A stretch of 60,307 nt of DNA from Deltaproteobacteria bacterium (lineage in GTDB: Bacteria; Myxococcota_A; UBA9160; SMWR01): contig JAQBHB010000084.1 in NCBI GenBank assembly GCA_032128115.1, forward strand, positions 1-60,307, written 5' to 3'. The notes beneath the pieces are model-generated. The model was given only the letters and a program-made list of their open reading frames with translations, did no database searches and was not told the DNA's origin. Of this stretch, positions 8,619-16,970 are shown one piece after another (the first letter of the stretch is position 1; each line of letters begins with the position of its first letter). A program made the position numbers and the translations under genes.

Positions 8619-11394
8619 CGCCCCCTCGGTCGGGCCGCTGCCCGTCGCCGCGAATCGGCAAGCGCACGCAGAAGCAGGAACCTTTGCCGCTGCTGGATTC
8701 CAACTCGATCGACCCGCCGTGGTCGATCGCGATGCGGCGGCTGATGGCCAGGCCCAGGCCCGTGCCGTCGCCGGCCCCCTTGGTGGTGTAGAAGGGCTCG
8801 AACAGGCGCCCCAGGGACTCGGGCGGAATGCCGGGCCCATCGTCCCCCACGCGCACGACGATCGAGCCGTCCTCCTCGCCCAGGAACACCGACACGGTTC
8901 CCCCCTTTCCCCGCAGTGCTTCGGTCGAGTTCTTGAGCAGGTTGAGGAACACCTGATTGAGGGCTCGAGCGTCGCCAAAGAGCCGCGGCACGCGATCGGC
9001 AAGGTCGGTTTGGAGCTGGATCCCCGCGTCTCGCAGGGTGTGGGCAATCAGGTGCAGCGTCGATTCGAGCCCGGCGCGCACGTCCACATCCGTTCGGGTG
9101 GTCTGGCCCGGGGCCGCGAAGTCGCGCAGGTCGCCCACCAGCCGGCGGGTGCGTTCCAGTCCCTCGCCGATGATGGCCACCAGCTCGTCCAGCGATTCCA
9201 GATCCAGGTCCCTGCGCAGCCGCTCGAGCTCGCGGGTCCCGTCCGCCAGGGCGGCGGGATCCGTCGCATCCAGGGCCGCGGCCCGCTCTCCCAGGCGTCG
9301 CACCTGCTCCACCTGGGCCGCAAGCGCCCGCAGGGCGTTGATGGCGAAGTTCATGGGGTTGTTCACCTCGTGAGCCACACCGGCAGCCAGCTCGCCCACG
9401 GCCGCCAGTCGCTCGGCCTGCACCAGCTGGGCGCTGGTGTCCTTGAGCTCGCCCAGGGCGTCCGCCAGCTCCTGGTTCGTACTCACCAGCAGGTCGTTGT
9501 GGGCCTCGACGGTTGCCTGCAGCTCCCGCAGGCGCACCAGGGCGCGCACCCGGGCCAGCAGCTCGCGGGGGTGGAACGGCTTCGCCACGTAGTCGTCGGC
9601 GCCGAGCTCGAGCCCCTCGATCTTCATTTCGCGTTCGGCCTTCGACGTCACCAGCATGACTGGGATGCCTGCCATCTCCGGGTCGGTCTTGATGGCACGG
9701 CACAGCTCGATCCCGGACATCTCCGGCATCATGATGTCGGTAAGGATCAGCGCGGGCGGCTCGTCGCGCGCGGCCTCCAGGGCCTCGCGTCCGTTGCGGG
9801 TGAGCTGCACCCGGAACTCCCGCCCCAGCAACACGCCAAACAGGCGGCGCATGTCGGAGTTGTCCTCGGCCACCACCACCCGGGGCGCCGTCGGCGGCGC
9901 GAGCTCGCCCTCCGGAAGCTCCGCGGCGGATTCTCCGCCAGCCCGCTCGTGTCGCTCGGTGTTGCGGCGCACGTCCACCAGGCGGGCGTCGTCGGAATCG
10001 GGCGCCGCCGCCAGGGCTCCGAGCGAGGCCAGGGCGGTGAGCGACGATCCGGTCGAGGTCTGGAGCACCGCCTCGCTGGCCTCGCCGTCGGCCGCGCCCA
10101 CGGGAAACACCACGTGCAGGCTCGCGCCCCGGCCGAGCCCCTCGCTCTCGGCCCAGATGCGCCCGCCGTGCAGCTGTACCAGCTCCAGGGTGAGCGCCAG
10201 GCCGATGCCCGTGCCCTCGTAACGCCGGGTGGCGGAAGCATCCACCTGGCGGAAGCGATCGAAGATGCAATCGAGTTGATCCGGTGCCAGGCCGATCCCG
10301 GTGTCCGAGACCACCAGGTGCGCCCCGCCGTCGTCGCCGACGTGGCCCGTCACCCTCACACGTCCGCCGCGGTCGGTGAACTTCAGGGCGTTGCCCAGCA
10401 GGTTCACGATCACCTTCTCGAAGGCGTCCCGATCCACATGGACACGGGGAAGCGAATCCAGCTGGCAGGTCTCGAGGCTGATGCCCTTGCGCGCGGCCAG
10501 GGGAAGCGCGCCGTGCACCAGCTCGTCGACGATCGGGCCGAGGGCCGTAGCGCTTCGCACCAGCTGGTGCTGGCGTCCCTCGATCTTCGCCAGGTCGAGC
10601 AGGTCGTTGATCAACTTCAACAGGCGAAGCGCATTGGTGTGCATCGTCTTGAGCGTGTCGCGCTGGCTCGCGGTGACGTCGCCGAACTGGCCGTCGAGCA
10701 TCGCCTCCAGGGGCGCCAGGGTGAGCGTCAGCGGCGTCCGCAGCTCGTGGTGCACGTTGGCCGTGAAGCGCGACTTCTCGCGATCGAGCGACTTGAGGGC
10801 GTCGCGGGTCCGCTCGATCTCGCGGCGCTGTCGGAAATCGGCAAAGCGCATGCGATCGAAGAGCATGCAGCTCATCACGCCCCCGAAGGCGGCCGAGCCC
10901 AGGAAGAACAGGTGCACGCCGAAGGTCTGCCAGGGGATCGGGCCCCCATCGAAGCCGGGCATGCCCGCGTAGGCCGCGAAGACGGCGCCGCTGGCAATGG
11001 CGGCCTGGGACGCGGTCAGCGGCGATAGCACCCCGATGCCCATGAACAGCAGCACGAGACCCACGTAGTAGCCGCTCGCGGCCCCACCGGTGCCGTGCAC
11101 CACCGTGAGCAGCATGGCACCGCCCGCAAACACCGTGGCGTAGGCCGAGGCCAGGGGATGGCGGCGGCTGGTTCCGAAGTAGATCACGCCGAGCCCGACA
11201 TCGAGCGCCAGGCGAACGGGCAGGAAGCGGGCGAACTGGTCCGGGAAGAACAGGTGATCGACGCCGATGAAGACGGTCTGGATCACGAAGAGCACGATCA
11301 CCGCGATGCGCAGAGCGCGCGTCAGCGGCTCGCCCTCGATCACACGGCGATATTCAGCGTAGAGCGCCCGGTCGGCGTCGTGCCCGCCTCTCAT
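8608..11394 (-). CDS. Multi-TM hybrid sensor kinase (TM sensor-HisKA-HATPase-REC-HisKA-HATPase)
   Basis: About 5-6 TM helices; HHELRTPL; NLLGNALKFT; TDIMMP receiver; second kinase AHEVNNPMN...EPFYTTK. Confidence 0.93.
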   Translation of the reverse strand: MRGGHDADRALYAEYRRVIEGEPLTRALRIAVIVLFVIQTVFIGVDHLFFPDQFARFLPVRLALDVGLGVIYFGTSRRHPLASAYATVFAGGAMLLTVVHGTGGAASGYYVGLVLLFMGIGVLSPLTASQAAIASGAVFAAYAGMPGFDGGPIPWQTFGVHLFFLGSAAFGGVMSCMLFDRMRFADFRQRREIERTRDALKSLDREKSRFTANVHHELRTPLTLTLAPLEAMLDGQFGDVTASQRDTLKTMHTNALRLLKLINDLLDLAKIEGRQHQLVRSATALGPIVDELVHGALPLAARKGISLETCQLDSLPRVHVDRDAFEKVIVNLLGNALKFTDRGGRVRVTGHVGDDGGAHLVVSDTGIGLAPDQLDCIFDRFRQVDASATRRYEGTGIGLALTLELVQLHGGRIWAESEGLGRGASLHVVFPVGAADGEASEAVLQTSTGSSLTALASLGALAAAPDSDDARLVDVRRNTERHERAGGESAAELPEGELAPPTAPRVVVAEDNSDMRRLFGVLLGREFRVQLTRNGREALEAARDEPPALILTDIMMPEMSGIELCRAIKTDPEMAGIPVMLVTSKAEREMKIEGLELGADDYVAKPFHPRELLARVRALVRLRELQATVEAHNDLLVSTNQELADALGELKDTSAQLVQAERLAAVGELAAGVAHEVNNPMNFAINALRALAAQVEQVRRLGERAAALDATDPAALADGTRELERLRRDLDLESLDELVAIIGEGLERTRRLVGDLRDFAAPGQTTRTDVDVRAGLESTLHLIAHTLRDAGIQLQTDLADRVPRLFGDARALNQVFLNLLKNSTEALRGKGGTVSVFLGEEDGSIVVRVGDDGPGIPPESLGRLFEPFYTTKGAGDGTGLGLAISRRIAIDHGGSIELESSSGKGSCFCVRLPIRGDGQRPDRGGDAA

Positions 11395-11413
11395 GCATGT
11401 GAGAATCGGCGGG

Positions 11414-13705
11414 CTAACCCGCTGACTTTAGGGGGGATTTCGATCCCGATCCCGCGCCGGGCGAGCCCAGCCGCAGCAGCAGGGCCGGCAGCAACAACAA
11501 GTTAGCCGCCAGACACAGAGCCATGATCGCCGCCGTGAGCAGGCCCAGGTGCCGGGTCACGGTGAAGCCCGAGAGGCCCAGGATCGCGAAGCCCAGGGCC
11601 ACGGCGATGGAGGTGTAGACGACAGGCCCCAATGCGCGCCGATAGGTACCCAGGAGTGCCTCCCTCGGCCCCATTCCGGCATCGCGCCGCAGCGCAAAGC
11701 CCACGGCCACGTGGATCGTGTCGTCCACGGCGATCCCCAGGGCCAGATTGCCAAGCACCACGGTTCCGGCATCCAGCGGAATGGCCAGCAGCCCCATGGC
11801 CCCGAAGGTCATGGCCACCGGCACCGCGTTGGGCACCAGCGCCACGGCCGCCAGCGGAAGCCAGCGGAAGATCGCCAGCAGGATCGCCGCGATCACCGCC
11901 AGGGCGAAGGCCAGGCCCCGGATCTCGCCCCAGGCGATGGCGTCCTGGGCACGTGCGAACTCGTACATGATGCCCGTGGTGCGGGCGTCGTAACCCGCAG
12001 GTCCGTTGCGCGCCCACCAGGCGTCGACCTCGGCCGCCACGTTCAGCAGCGCCTGGGAGCCGTTGTCGTTCACGCGCAGGCGCAGATTCGCGGCGCTGTG
12101 GTCGGACGTGATCAGGTCGAAGGTGTAGGCCTTGGATTCGAGCAGCAGCAGGTATTGCTGGATCTCCTGCGGCGATCGCGGCAGGGGCCGAGACGCGTCT
12201 CCCGTGAATCCGCCGTGGAGCTGGCGCAGCGGGTCGGCGATCGAGAAGGCGCGGCCCACGCTGTCCAACGACTCCAGGTGTTGCGCCAATCCATCCAGCG
12301 CACGCAGCGCATCCGGATTGCTCAGCGAGCCGCCGTCGGGCGCTTCCACCACCACGTTCATGGGGCTGATGCCCGACATGCGTTCGCGGATCACGTCGTA
12401 GGCCACGCGAATCGGGTCGCTGCGCGCGAACCACAACACCACGTCGGTCTCCACGTGCAGGCGCGCGATCCCGAACGACATCCCCGCCAGCGCCAATAGC
12501 CAGCCCCCAAGCAGCGGGCGCCTCCAGCGCACCACGCCCTCCATCAGGCGTTCGGCGCCGGGTCCGTGGAACCAGGCGTGCAGCGCCGAGCGGCGATCGG
12601 AAAGCGGCCACAGGCGCAGCGCGGCCGGGGCGGCCGTGAGCGTGGCCGTAGCCACGAAGAGCACACCCAGGGCACCAAAGCCCCCTACATCGCGAATGGT
12701 GTCGATGGGAACCAACGAGACCGCCACGAATCCCACGGCCGTGGTGAGGCCCGAGAGCGCCACCGGCAGTGCGACTTCCCCGAGAGCGTCGCGCAGCTCA
12801 TCGCCCGCGCCCTTCCCCGCCGCCGCGGCAAGCAGATGCATTGCATAGGCACAGCCGAGGGCCAGCAGGATCGAGGGCAGTACCACGGTGCTGATCGTGA
12901 GCGGCGTACCCAGGGCGCCCATGACCCCGAGCACCAGCCACGTGCCCAGTCCGCTCGCCGCCAGCGGAATCACCACGGCCCCCAGTGAGCCAAACAGCAG
13001 GTACAGCAGGAAACCCACCGCGACTGCGGTGATGGGTACGAACAGCGCCAGCTCGCTGCGCGTACGCGCGTCGGTCGCAAGCCGGAACACGGGGACCCCG
13101 GAGAGCCAGGCCCGCCCGTCGCCGAGTTGCTCGCGAACGTCGTCCAGGATCGGCTGGTAGGCACCCTGGGCATCGCGATCGAGCACGAGGTTCACGGCCA
13201 GCGCCCGGCCGTCCTCCGAGATCAGGGTGCGCGGTGCGATGCGATCGGCGAGCACCCGCGCCGCGAGCCTCGAACGCTCGTTCGGCTCCTCGGGAACCCC
13301 GTCCTGGAGCGGCGCCTCCAGGCGGAGATCGCCATCCGGCGCGGCGTCCACCAGCGGGACCGTCGCGAGGCTGTCCACCCGCCACACGCCCGGGAATCCG
13401 GCATAGCGTTGCGACAGCTCTACCACGCGCGCGAGCGTGTCCGGGTCGAAGCTCCGCTCGGATTCGAGCAGGAGCGTCAGGATCTCATCGCCGCCGAAGC
13501 GCTCCTGCGCCGACTGGTAGAACTGCCAGGGTTCGCCCCGGCGATCCAGGACACTCTCGGTCGAGGTTTCGATCTCGAGACGCGCCACGCCGGCGCTGGC
13601 CGCCAGCGCCAGAACGAGCCACAGCATCAACACCGCGCGCGGATGGGCAAGCGCGGCCGCCACCGCCCGGCGCGGCAGGCGGCTTCGCAGCTCCAGCCGG
13701 CTCAC
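11414..13705 (-). CDS. MMPL/RND-family lipid exporter
   Basis: Two repeats of TM + periplasmic domain + 5 TM; LSGLTTAVGF and GIAVDDTIH motifs. Confidence 0.9.
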   Translation of the reverse strand: MSRLELRSRLPRRAVAAALAHPRAVLMLWLVLALAASAGVARLEIETSTESVLDRRGEPWQFYQSAQERFGGDEILTLLLESERSFDPDTLARVVELSQRYAGFPGVWRVDSLATVPLVDAAPDGDLRLEAPLQDGVPEEPNERSRLAARVLADRIAPRTLISEDGRALAVNLVLDRDAQGAYQPILDDVREQLGDGRAWLSGVPVFRLATDARTRSELALFVPITAVAVGFLLYLLFGSLGAVVIPLAASGLGTWLVLGVMGALGTPLTISTVVLPSILLALGCAYAMHLLAAAAGKGAGDELRDALGEVALPVALSGLTTAVGFVAVSLVPIDTIRDVGGFGALGVLFVATATLTAAPAALRLWPLSDRRSALHAWFHGPGAERLMEGVVRWRRPLLGGWLLALAGMSFGIARLHVETDVVLWFARSDPIRVAYDVIRERMSGISPMNVVVEAPDGGSLSNPDALRALDGLAQHLESLDSVGRAFSIADPLRQLHGGFTGDASRPLPRSPQEIQQYLLLLESKAYTFDLITSDHSAANLRLRVNDNGSQALLNVAAEVDAWWARNGPAGYDARTTGIMYEFARAQDAIAWGEIRGLAFALAVIAAILLAIFRWLPLAAVALVPNAVPVAMTFGAMGLLAIPLDAGTVVLGNLALGIAVDDTIHVAVGFALRRDAGMGPREALLGTYRRALGPVVYTSIAVALGFAILGLSGFTVTRHLGLLTAAIMALCLAANLLLLPALLLRLGSPGAGSGSKSPLKSAG

Positions 13706-13735
13706 GGGGCGATTCCGAAGGACGCGGCGCCGGTC

Positions 13736-16231
13736 TCAGTCCCGGTCGGCAATCAGCACCACGGCCTGGGGTGGATCGCCAAGCGACGGTGCGGTGGCCA
13801 CCATCCGGAAGCCCGCGTGCCGAACCTTGCGCGCCAGTTCCGGACCATCCCAGAAGCGGAAGACGCCCCGCTCCTCCAGGTCGAGCAGGCGCGAGGCCTG
13901 ATTGAGGTAGCCCCGCGCCGCGTCGTCGAGCCGGGCCTCGCCCTGTTCGCCGAAGAGTTCGCGAGCGCGCCCCGCCCGCAACTCGGCCAGACCCTCGGTG
14001 TAGAGCTTCGACATGTCGGCGTCGCGGCACAGGCTGGAAACCACGAGTCGCCCGCCGGGACGAAGCACGCGCCGCACCTCGGCGAGCAGGGATTCGGGTC
14101 GCGGCAGGTAGCTGAGCAACAGCGATGCCAGCACCGCATCGAGCGAGCCCGTGGCCAGCGGAATTACGGCGCCGCACGCCGACAGGTCGCACTCCAGATA
14201 CCGGACCGTGGGCCGGGCAGACGCGGGCGTGGCGCCCAGGCGATCGCGTCCCCGCTGGAGCCCTCCGCGCACGTAGTCGATCGCGATCACTTCCACGGAC
14301 GGCGACTCCGGATCGCGCGCCAGATGCAATGCGAACGCACCGGTTCCCGAGCCCAGGTCCGCCACCCGGAACCCGGCGCGCAGGGCCAGCGCCTGGATCT
14401 GCTGCTCCATCAGATCGTTGTAGGCCGAGGTGCCCGTCATGAGTTCGAATCCCAGGGTGTGGTCGCGTCCCAGCAGGTAGTCGCGCCAGAACGAGCGCAC
14501 ATCGGTGAGGTTGCCGGGCAGTCGCGCGCGCTCGGCGCGCTGGCGGCGCTCGAGATCCACCAGGTCGGGGACGGCCGCCGGGATCTCGCGCCCCAGGGCC
14601 ATGCGCCCGACTTCCCCCACCACCAGCTGGAAGGTGTCGAGCGCCTGACGACTGGTCTTCAGCATGTGGCCCGTGGGCACCTCGATGAAGCGACGCTGCC
14701 GCGTGTCTCCCCGGGACAGCACGTCGCGAGCGCGGGCGCCATCCATCCAGGCATCGTGCTGGCCGTGGATCCAGGTCACCGGCACCTGGATGCACGCCAG
14801 GTCGCGGCGGGCATCCTCCAGGTAGACCAGATCGTGGGCGAAGGCGTCGAGCCCCGCGTGATCCATGTCGACCTCCACGCCCAGGATCTCCTGGAGCCCG
14901 AAGCGCACCCCCCGTTCGAGGCCCAGGGCGTAGTCCACGCCGCCGGAAATGACGCGCATCATCGACTGCAGGTCCGACGCACCCACCACGCTGACCCAAC
15001 CGCCGATGCGCCGGTCGCAGGCAACGGCTCGGCGCGCCTCGATGGATGCGGCGCTGAAGCTCACCAGGATCACCTTCTGGGGGCGGAACTCCGGCGACGC
15101 TTCCAGGAAGTCGATGGCCGTGCGTACGTCGCGGACGCCCTGGGAGAACGTGAAGCGGTGGTGGTCGCAGCCAGGCTCGCCGCAGACCGGATCGTTGTAC
15201 GACTCGCCGCGGCGCCGAATGCCGTCGTAGCGAAGTACCACCACGGGCTCGTTTGCGCGCCGGAAGCCCTCCACGATGCAGGCGGCCAGCGGCATCAGGG
15301 TTTCCTTGGTCCGCCCCCAGGCCGGCGGAATCACCACTGCCGTGGCCCCACGGCTGGGGCCCCAGGAATCGAGGATCCCGCGGATGGGCTCGCCCTCCGG
15401 GTTGCGGAAATCAACCACACGAACCGGCGGAAGCTGCGGCTCTCTCGATGTCAGCGCCTGGATCGCGCGGTGCGCGGCCACGCGCGCCGTGCCACTGAGC
15501 AGTCGCCACCGTTGGCCGGCGCGCGAGAACGGTTTCGCCACCCGATCCGGGGTCCGGATCTCGATCGGAGATCCGGTGGGCGCGCTGCTGAGGCCCAGGC
15601 CCACGCGTTTCCAGCCCCGCGAGTCGGGCCGCGGATCCACGTGGCGCACCTCGCCAAACAGGTCCTCGCCCGACTGCACCCCGTCCTCGAAGCGAAGCCG
15701 CAACCGGGTGCCGGGATCCGGCGCCCCCGGCATCCACACCGCCATGCCCTCGGGCGACAGGTTCGCCACCTCGCCCGCCACGGCCAGACCGGCCGGCGTC
15801 GTCGCCGACACCCGGCGTGCGTCGTCGCGCCCCGGCACCCGGCGCGCGCGATCGCGTCGCTCGGCCCGGTAGACGATGCTCGGCAGCCGCAACACGATCG
15901 CGTCGGGATCGCGCCCCTGCACCACGGCGGCCGCGAAGAAATACGGCTGCTCGTCCAGTGCGAAGTTCAGGAACAGCTGTCGCCGGCGCACCGGCTCGAG
16001 GTTCCGGGTGCGAAGCACCAGATGGTCGGCCCCGACGCTCTCGATCCATCCGATCTCGGGCTCGATACGGCGGTTCATGCCCCGGCGCAGTGGGATCTGC
16101 TCGCGCCGGACCCGGTCAAGCAGGCGTCGGATACTCGGGGCGCCCTCCACACCACTCGGGTGCAGGCGCCGGATGCTCTCGGGCGCCACGCGGTCACGGC
16201 GGCTCAGGACGGGATCGACTGCACTCGCCAC
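13736..16231 (-). CDS. Fusion protein: YcgR-like PilZN/PilZ + LuxD-like alpha/beta hydrolase + class I SAM methyltransferase
   Basis: LPSIVYRAERRDRAR and NLSPEG (PilZ); VLRYDGIRRRGES, FTFSQG, VSFSAAS, VVGASDL, HDAW, TGHML (acyl-thioesterase triad pattern); VADLGSGTG and LRPGGRL (methyltransferase). Confidence 0.8.
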   Translation of the reverse strand: MASAVDPVLSRRDRVAPESIRRLHPSGVEGAPSIRRLLDRVRREQIPLRRGMNRRIEPEIGWIESVGADHLVLRTRNLEPVRRRQLFLNFALDEQPYFFAAAVVQGRDPDAIVLRLPSIVYRAERRDRARRVPGRDDARRVSATTPAGLAVAGEVANLSPEGMAVWMPGAPDPGTRLRLRFEDGVQSGEDLFGEVRHVDPRPDSRGWKRVGLGLSSAPTGSPIEIRTPDRVAKPFSRAGQRWRLLSGTARVAAHRAIQALTSREPQLPPVRVVDFRNPEGEPIRGILDSWGPSRGATAVVIPPAWGRTKETLMPLAACIVEGFRRANEPVVVLRYDGIRRRGESYNDPVCGEPGCDHHRFTFSQGVRDVRTAIDFLEASPEFRPQKVILVSFSAASIEARRAVACDRRIGGWVSVVGASDLQSMMRVISGGVDYALGLERGVRFGLQEILGVEVDMDHAGLDAFAHDLVYLEDARRDLACIQVPVTWIHGQHDAWMDGARARDVLSRGDTRQRRFIEVPTGHMLKTSRQALDTFQLVVGEVGRMALGREIPAAVPDLVDLERRQRAERARLPGNLTDVRSFWRDYLLGRDHTLGFELMTGTSAYNDLMEQQIQALALRAGFRVADLGSGTGAFALHLARDPESPSVEVIAIDYVRGGLQRGRDRLGATPASARPTVRYLECDLSACGAVIPLATGSLDAVLASLLLSYLPRPESLLAEVRRVLRPGGRLVVSSLCRDADMSKLYTEGLAELRAGRARELFGEQGEARLDDAARGYLNQASRLLDLEERGVFRFWDGPELARKVRHAGFRMVATAPSLGDPPQAVVLIADRD

Positions 16232-16349
16232 GGTGCAGACACTATGGCGGCTCCTCGCCCTTCAGCAATGAGATTCTGCAAGTATTTGACTTAACTGGGT
16301 TTCTTGATTCCGGAAGGAATCCGGTCCCGGGTTGGGGCCAAACCCTGTT

Positions 16350-16388
16350 TGGGATCTGAATCCCCTAACTGGGATCTGAATCCCCTAA
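16350..16388. repeat. 19-bp direct repeat TGGGATCTGAATCCCCTAA x2 (20-bp period), each containing GGGAT-N4-ATCCC
   Basis: Directly visible; spans the stop codon at 16365. Confidence 0.9.
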
Positions 16389-16967
16389 ACGCGCCGCGTG
16401 GGTGATCTCGGACGCCGGCGATTCGCGCACCTGCAAGCGCTGGTTGACGGAAACGCCGTCGAATCGCTGCCGGCGACCCGAGGGCCAGCGCACCTCCAGG
16501 GCGTCCACGCGGGTGGCCTCGCCCAGCCCGAAGTGCAGCACCGGCGACGAGCTGGCCAGGAAGCCGGAGCCCGACGCCACCTGGCGCACGTACTTCCGGT
16601 CGCCCACGTGGGCCATCACCACCGCGCCCAGGGCGTCGCGATTGCTTTCGGTTCCCTCGAGCTGCACCTGCAACCAGTTGCCCCCCTCGCCCCGCGCCAT
16701 CAGCAACACCGCCGGCTTCTCCAGGTTCTGGATCAGCAGGTCCTGGCGTCCGTCTCGATCGAAGTCGGCCACGGCCACGCCGCGCCCGTCTTCGATCCGG
16801 TTCGAGTGGGTCAGGTACGCCACCTCCTCGAAGTGGCCGCCCCCCCGGTTCCAGAACAGCACGTTGCGCTCGTAGCCGTTGAGCGATCGCTGGCCCACGT
16901 CCGTGGGGCTCCCGGACCCACTCCAGTCCCTGGAACGTCGACCGACGTTCTCGATCACCAGATCCAT
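16365..16967 (-). CDS. ASPIC/UnbV (CRTAC1-like) C-terminal module; probably the continuation of the upstream gene through an in-frame TGA
   Basis: SLNGYERNVLF, DGRGVAVADFDRDG, SNRDALGA, LHFGLG, VRWPSG. Begins on the codon immediately after TGA 16970-16968, in the same frame. Confidence 0.85.
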   Translation of the reverse strand: MDLVIENVGRRSRDWSGSGSPTDVGQRSLNGYERNVLFWNRGGGHFEEVAYLTHSNRIEDGRGVAVADFDRDGRQDLLIQNLEKPAVLLMARGEGGNWLQVQLEGTESNRDALGAVVMAHVGDRKYVRQVASGSGFLASSSPVLHFGLGEATRVDALEVRWPSGRRQRFDGVSVNQRLQVRESPASEITHAARLGDSDPS

Positions 16968-16970
16968 TCA
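16930..16970 (-). promoter_or_regulatory. Candidate bacterial SECIS element after an in-frame UGA
   Basis: UGA-AUGGAUCUGGUGAUCGA-GAACGUC-GGUC-GACGUUC-CAG: perfect 7-bp stem with a GGUC loop 24 nt after the UGA; CUGG/CCAG can extend the lower stem. Confidence 0.6.

Noticed and set aside
13127..16294. Very long opposite-strand ORFs (e.g. 13127-16294, 49787-53677, 8596-11028, 35230-37692, 46097-48409)
   Set aside because: Antisense shadows of well-supported genes, expected at ~70% GC; no recognisable motifs.
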